Shown piece after piece: positions 27,090 through 32,000 of a DNA stretch of 32,000 bases (its first letter is position 1; the number at the start of each line of letters is the position of its first letter). The notes beneath the pieces were generated by a model, which was given only the letters and a program-made list of their open reading frames with translations, was not told where the DNA came from and ran no database searches. The translations under genes and the position numbers were made by a program. The DNA is from Escherichia coli (GTDB lineage: Bacteria > Pseudomonadota > Gammaproteobacteria > Enterobacterales > Enterobacteriaceae): NCBI RefSeq assembly GCF_048320145.1, contig NZ_CP182912.1; one strand, written 5' to 3'.

Positions 27090-28796
27090 TTAACCCGGCA
27101 ATAACCTCTGCCGGATGCTGACACAATACGCTTGCCAGATAGCTAAATACTTTAGCTCATGACGCGCATCGGCGGCGGCGCAGGCAATCAACACATGGTT
27201 AATGATTTCGTTATTCACCTCGATCGGGTGGGCGAGGGTAATAAAAAATCCACGAAAACGTCGCTCCTGTTCGCTCCAGCAATGTGGGATGGCGAGGCGA
27301 TTAACAATCAGGTTTTCACCTTCGCCTTCGCGGGCGATGATGCGTTGTGCTTCATCGGCGGTAATATGGTGTTGTGCCACTAATTGCGCACAAATTTGCC
27401 GGGTAATATGTTGCCAGCTTTCACCGCGTACATTCGAATAATGAAAACTTCCGGGGGCAGAGAAAAAACGCTCCGGTTGCTGGCGAATAAATGCCGTCGC
27501 CAGAAAATGTTTTATTTGTTCGATACCGGCAGCCGTAATGATATTTTTTACGGTGATGTAATTATTTACCGCGTCTTCCAGTAAATAATGGCTATTGTTA
27601 ATGATCAATAACGGCTCAATCTCTTCGCGAATGGCAACAAGTTCGCTTAAGCTACGGGCAATAATTACCCGACAATTTAAAACATCGCGCTCAATGGCGA
27701 GCTGATTAATAGTGGCAATCGCGTTCTGGTCCGAGAGCAAAATGATCGGCTGGCGTTCGTTTTGATGCCGCTCCAGCGCACAGGCAAAATACAAACCGAT
27801 CAGATCGCTGTCGAAAAGGGGAATATCGAGCTGTTCACGCAGTAGCGTAATAAAGTGCAGACTCATATCAAAGGCCGCAGGCCAGGCGGCTTTCAGGTTA
27901 TTCATGCTGCTTTGGCGGTGCTCAGCAATCCACACTGGTGCGGCGAGGCAACGTAATAAATGCCCGGTAATGTTCTCAACCAGCTGCGTATCAATAATAT
28001 TCAATGACGCGATGCCCGGCACCCTTTGCAGCAACCCCAGCACATGATCGGCTGAAATTACCTGCGCTTGCTGATGCTGTTTCTCTATCAAACCCGTCAG
28101 GGTTCTTACAGCGTTATAACCAAGAAACAGACCGCTATGTTCAACGATTTGTTTTATCTCGTCACCGGGATATTGCGGCCACTCATCGGTCAGTTGATTA
28201 CGCAGGGCGTAAATCGCCAGAATCAGGCTGGAGAGATAATCACCCTGCATGAGCGGCCAGCGGTGTTGGTTGTCGCAGGCCGTGGATAAATGCTGAAGGT
28301 TGTCTCGTGTTATGCCCGCCAGCGGAATTAAAAACGGATCTTTGCGCAGCAAGTTCGCCAGCAAGATAACGCGTTTCTCTTCTGTCTCATCAATGAAATG
28401 GCCCAAACCAGGGCGGCTGGCCAGGCAACAAGTGCGTTCATAACGCTGTTTTAACCGGGGCAGACGCTCTGCTACCCACGTTTCTGGCAAATTAAGCGCC
28501 GAGGCGAGTTGCGCACGGGGAGTGAAAGTATTCAGTAATAACAGCGCCAGCAGCCGATCGTCGTTATCGTGCTTTTGCAGCAACTGAAAAAAGCTGCGGC
28601 GCTCGAAGATTTCCAGCTGATAGCCCGCACTGCCACTGGCGAAAATGCGGGCTTTGCCGTTAAGGGTGAAGTTGAGATAGTCAATATCACGCAGGATGGT
28701 CCTGCCTGAAACGCCAGTCTGTTGCGCCAGCTCGCCAGGCGTGCGCGGCTGTTGCTCCAGCAGATCGACAATCTTTAACTGGCGTTCGTTTAGCAT
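27090..28796 (-). CDS. frvR: frv operon regulator (N-terminal HTH, PRD/EIIA-like C-terminal region); 3' end apparently frameshifted
   Basis: The 568-aa ORF begins MLNERQLKIVDLLEQQPRTPGELAQQTGVSGRTILRDI. Its start overlaps the frvX stop (TAATG). I recall K-12 FrvR as 582 aa. An alternative frame that opens at 27156 runs to TGA 27049-27051 (see findings). Confidence 0.85.
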   Translation of the reverse strand: MLNERQLKIVDLLEQQPRTPGELAQQTGVSGRTILRDIDYLNFTLNGKARIFASGSAGYQLEIFERRSFFQLLQKHDNDDRLLALLLLNTFTPRAQLASALNLPETWVAERLPRLKQRYERTCCLASRPGLGHFIDETEEKRVILLANLLRKDPFLIPLAGITRDNLQHLSTACDNQHRWPLMQGDYLSSLILAIYALRNQLTDEWPQYPGDEIKQIVEHSGLFLGYNAVRTLTGLIEKQHQQAQVISADHVLGLLQRVPGIASLNIIDTQLVENITGHLLRCLAAPVWIAEHRQSSMNNLKAAWPAAFDMSLHFITLLREQLDIPLFDSDLIGLYFACALERHQNERQPIILLSDQNAIATINQLAIERDVLNCRVIIARSLSELVAIREEIEPLLIINNSHYLLEDAVNNYITVKNIITAAGIEQIKHFLATAFIRQQPERFFSAPGSFHYSNVRGESWQHITRQICAQLVAQHHITADEAQRIIAREGEGENLIVNRLAIPHCWSEQERRFRGFFITLAHPIEVNNEIINHVLIACAAADARHELKYLAIWQAYCVSIRQRLLPG

Positions 28797-29866
28797 TAAT
28801 CCACCTGACGGAACTGGCTAAACGCGTTGACTTTCTCCGCAGTTAAGGTCGTCAGAAAACCCCGTATCAGCGTGAGCAGAGCATCGTAATCGGCTTTTGA
28901 AATCATACCGCTGTTGGCGTGCAGATAACGAGTTGGCAGACACAGCGCGACAACCGGACGCCCGCCGCCCATCACGTTGTAGCGCCCGCCATCCGTCGCT
29001 CCGGTTTTCATGGTGGAAAATTGCAGCGGTAAATCATTCTGCGTGGCACAGTTTTTAAACGCTGCTACCAGTTTCTGGTTGGGGAAGTAGCGCTTGTCAA
29101 ACAGCATCAGCCCCGGCCCCTGGCCCAGTTTCAGCGGGTATTTAATGTTATCAATGCCCGGAACATCACCTGCGACAGCGGTATCCAGCACAATCACCAC
29201 ATCCGGTTTAATGTGTTCCGCCGAGGTTTGTGCCCCGCGTAGCCCAACTTCTTCTTCCACGCTGCCGACGCCATACAGCGTAATTTCGGGATTATTCACC
29301 GTCTGCAATAGTTCAGCCATCATTGCGCAGCCGATGCGGTTATCCAGCGCCTTGCCGACCACTTTATCTTCGCCCCAGCAGGCAAAATTGGCTTCCGGGC
29401 TAATAAAATCGCCCATCGCCACACCGCGTTTTTCCACCTCATCGCGACTGTTCGCGCCAATATCAATGAACATCTCATCAAATGACAGCGGCTGTTGCCT
29501 TTGCTTTTCCGTTAACGCATGAGGCGCGACGGAACCAATCACACCAGGGATTTTCACTCCCTTGTGTGTGCGTATGGTTACCCGGTGGTTGAGCATCGAC
29601 TGATTCCACCAGCCACCAATGGTGGTGAAACGCAGAAAACCGCTCTCGTCGATGTGGGTGACCATAAAGCCGACTTCATCCATATGCCCGACAACGGCAA
29701 CTTTTGGACCTTTATCCCCCTTACGGGCAACAAAGCTGCCCAGACCATCAAAGGTGATCTCATTAACGCAAGGTTCCAGCGTGTTTATCAGAATGTCGCG
29801 AACTTCCTGTTCATCGCCGCTGACGGCGCTGGCTTCGCACAACTGTTGCAGTAACTCAATGTTCAT
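28796..29866 (-). CDS. frvX: M42-family metallopeptidase (glutamyl aminopeptidase / 'endoglucanase-like')
   Basis: The ATG at 29866 gives 356 aa beginning MNIELLQQLCEASAVSGDE, whereas the track start at 29872 is TTG. The metal-ligand motifs GHMDEVG, ALDNRIG and EEEVGLRG are visible. It overlaps frvB by 11 nt. Confidence 0.92.
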   Translation of the reverse strand: MNIELLQQLCEASAVSGDEQEVRDILINTLEPCVNEITFDGLGSFVARKGDKGPKVAVVGHMDEVGFMVTHIDESGFLRFTTIGGWWNQSMLNHRVTIRTHKGVKIPGVIGSVAPHALTEKQRQQPLSFDEMFIDIGANSRDEVEKRGVAMGDFISPEANFACWGEDKVVGKALDNRIGCAMMAELLQTVNNPEITLYGVGSVEEEVGLRGAQTSAEHIKPDVVIVLDTAVAGDVPGIDNIKYPLKLGQGPGLMLFDKRYFPNQKLVAAFKNCATQNDLPLQFSTMKTGATDGGRYNVMGGGRPVVALCLPTRYLHANSGMISKADYDALLTLIRGFLTTLTAEKVNAFSQFRQVD

Positions 29867-31307
29867 GGACAAGCTCCTGTTGCGCGGCTTTCGCTTTGCG
29901 GCGTAACCACAATCCTTTCAGGACGATAATGAATGAAATGTTCAGCGCGAGGCCAATCGCCAGCACCAGATAAAACGAACCCACCGGCGACATCAGGCCG
30001 ATCAGCGGGTCAAAGATACCCAAACCAGGTGCCAGACGTTTGATTCCGAAAGCGATCACCAGCACGCCGGTAATGCCACCCGCCAGCGTATTGGCGGTAA
30101 TCATCGGCAACGGAGCTGCCAGAGCGTAAGGTATAGCCGGTTCGGTTGCGACTGTGGCACCGACCACAATGGCACTACTGGCAGCCTCTTTTTCCTGTCG
30201 GGTAAACAGTTTGGGCGCAATGAACGTCGCAAGACCCGCCGCAACGGGCGGCATCAACGCGACAACGCCGACGATGGCGTACCAGTCATAAATATGTTTT
30301 TCCAGCAGTGAGAAGCAGAAGAACCAGGCGGTTTTATTGATGGGGCCGCCCATATCGAACGCCAGCATCGCACCGACCAGAAACGCTGCCGCAAACTTCA
30401 TTGATGGAGGAATGGTATTCAGGAAGTGGAGCAGCCCGCCCATGAGGTCGGACATCACCGGCCCGATAACGTAGTAAGTGAGCACGCCGAAAACCAGCAG
30501 AGTAACGAACGGGATCAGCATTGAACCGAGCAGCGGTTGTAATGCTTTGCCAAGGCGCACTTTGCGGAACCAGAAGACGAAATAGCCAATCGCCAGCCCC
30601 AGCACCACCGCGCCGAGGAATCCCGCACCCGACTGGGTGCCGAGCAGCGCTTTGTCGTTCGCCAGATAGCAAACCAGAAACGCCGGAGCGAAAGCCGGTT
30701 TATCGGCAATCGACGAGGCAATATAAGCGCCCATGATGGGGATCATAAAGGTGAAGCCAAGGTAACCGATGGATTCAACTACCAAGGTAAACGACGGCGC
30801 GCCTTTCGACATATCGGTATACGGCAAACCGAACTGCACCAGCATGTTGGCAAGCGCCACCAGGATACCACCGCCGATGACAAACGGCAGCGCCGCAGAG
30901 ACGCCCGCCATCAGGTGGCTCATCACGCTGCCGCTTTGCACTTCCTGTTTGCCAAGCTTCACGCCGCTATCTGCGGCAAAAAGCTGCGAGTTTGTCGGTA
31001 ATTCGCTGAAAATCTGGTCGATATTTTTCAACGCCTGGGAGATGGCAATCTCATAAACTTTCTTCCCGGCAAACCGCGCGCGATCATCACCGCTCAGGCC
31101 ACGCCCGGTAGCGAGAATGACGTAATCGGCAGCGGCAATCTCTTCGCTGGATAAGCGGTTTTCAACGCCACTGGACCCTTGAGTTTCCACTTTTATGGTA
31201 TGGCCGAGAGAACGGGCTTTCTGTTCCAGGGCTTCCGCCACCATGTAGGTGTGAGCGATCCCGGCGGGGCAGTTGGTGATCGCGACAATACGTAAGGATG
31301 ACTCCAT
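29856..31307 (-). CDS. frvB: PTS fructose-family EIIB-EIIC component
   Basis: The ATG at 31307 lies 5 nt after AAGGAAG and gives 483 aa beginning MESSLRIVAITNCPAGIAHTYM (the EIIB active-site Cys region). A polytopic EIIC domain follows. Confidence 0.93.
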   Translation of the reverse strand: MESSLRIVAITNCPAGIAHTYMVAEALEQKARSLGHTIKVETQGSSGVENRLSSEEIAAADYVILATGRGLSGDDRARFAGKKVYEIAISQALKNIDQIFSELPTNSQLFAADSGVKLGKQEVQSGSVMSHLMAGVSAALPFVIGGGILVALANMLVQFGLPYTDMSKGAPSFTLVVESIGYLGFTFMIPIMGAYIASSIADKPAFAPAFLVCYLANDKALLGTQSGAGFLGAVVLGLAIGYFVFWFRKVRLGKALQPLLGSMLIPFVTLLVFGVLTYYVIGPVMSDLMGGLLHFLNTIPPSMKFAAAFLVGAMLAFDMGGPINKTAWFFCFSLLEKHIYDWYAIVGVVALMPPVAAGLATFIAPKLFTRQEKEAASSAIVVGATVATEPAIPYALAAPLPMITANTLAGGITGVLVIAFGIKRLAPGLGIFDPLIGLMSPVGSFYLVLAIGLALNISFIIVLKGLWLRRKAKAAQQELVHEH

Positions 31308-31317
31308 CGCCACTTCC

Positions 31318-31764
31318 TTATGAGCTGAGGGTTTGATTTAACAAGGCAAGCACCTGGTCGGCGTCGCCCTGTTGCAGTTGATGAATAAAATCCTGGTGGA
31401 TAATTTTGCGACACAGTGTGCCGATGATTTTGACCTGATCCTCTTCGCCGCTTTGCGGCACGCCGAGGCAGATCCAGCAATTGACGTCTTCGCCATCGCT
31501 GGCTTTCCAGTCAATAGCCTGCGCTTTGCGGGCGAATAATACGAACGGTTGTTTAACGCAGGCGCTTTTACCGTGCGGCACGGCGACACCGGAACCAAAT
31601 CCAGTAGAGTGCATTTTTTCGCGCAGCAGCAGGGTTTGCAGGAACTGGTGTGAGTCGGTGATAAAACCGTTTTGTAACGCTATTGTCGCCAACTGCTTCA
31701 GAACGGAATAAGCGCCATTGCCCTGAATATTCAGGTCAATACAGCTTGCAGTAAGAGCTGCCAT
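31318..31764 (-). CDS. frvA: PTS fructose/mannitol-family EIIA component
   Basis: The 148-aa ORF contains STGFGSGVAVPHGK (the EIIA phospho-His loop). GGAG lies 8 nt upstream of the ATG. Confidence 0.93.
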   Translation of the reverse strand: MAALTASCIDLNIQGNGAYSVLKQLATIALQNGFITDSHQFLQTLLLREKMHSTGFGSGVAVPHGKSACVKQPFVLFARKAQAIDWKASDGEDVNCWICLGVPQSGEEDQVKIIGTLCRKIIHQDFIHQLQQGDADQVLALLNQTLSS

Positions 31765-32000
31765 TAATCGGACTCCATAAAATATATTTTAATCAATTGT
31801 AATGGTGGAGCGATTAAGTGATGAGAGGCGATATGTCGGTAAACAATGACAATTTGAGACAGAGTGAAAGGTCAGATTTGCGGAGTAATGCACATAATGG
31901 TTATTTAAATAAACCACATGAATCATTAATGGGTTATTCATTATTTTTGTGATTTACTCACAATGTATCAGGGAAATATAACTTACCGGGAGATGTAATA

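Noticed and set aside
31765-32000. The 3' end of a further minus-strand gene (rhaM/yiiL by K-12 synteny) at the right edge
   Set aside because: None of the three minus-strand frames entering from position 32000 gives a C-terminus I can recognise, and all terminate within a few codons. I cannot support a CDS call here.

Overview
The window reads as Escherichia coli core chromosome. It is colinear with the K-12 yihL-yihM-yihN-ompL-yihOPQRSTU / yihVW-yihX-yihY-dtd-yiiD-yiiE-yiiF / fdhE-fdoIHG / fdhD-yiiG / frvRXBA region. Gene identities come from my recognition of the translated ORFs and from motifs visible in them. No database search was run.

There are 29 protein-coding genes, counting a 3' fragment of yihL, plus one unnamed 35-codon small ORF. 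I found no rRNA, tRNA, CRISPR array, IS element, transposase, integrase or phage genes.

The one coherent multi-gene system is the sulfoquinovose (sulfo-EMP, sulfoglycolysis) catabolic cluster at about 2.5-14.4 kb. It is real and complete, but it was described in 2014, so I do not present it as novel.

The less-described or unexplained parts are:
1. The orphan yihL-yihM-yihN module next to the cluster.
2. Repeated operator-like motifs around yihU/yihV/yihW.
3. An AT-rich, roughly 1.9 kb islet between yiiD and fdhE. It holds two tandem ribbon-helix-helix paralogs (yiiE, yiiF) with duplicated upstream boxes, short ORF stubs overlapping their stop codons, and a well-signalled 35-codon ORF.
4. The cryptic frv PTS operon, where frvR appears to carry a 1-nt frameshift near its 3' end.

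fdoG is split in the ORF track by an in-frame TGA. This is the selenocysteine codon followed by a SECIS hairpin, not a pseudogene.

Several ORF-track starts were trimmed to internal ATGs with better Shine-Dalgarno spacing. All statements about function are family-level or literature knowledge, and coordinates of motifs were counted by hand.
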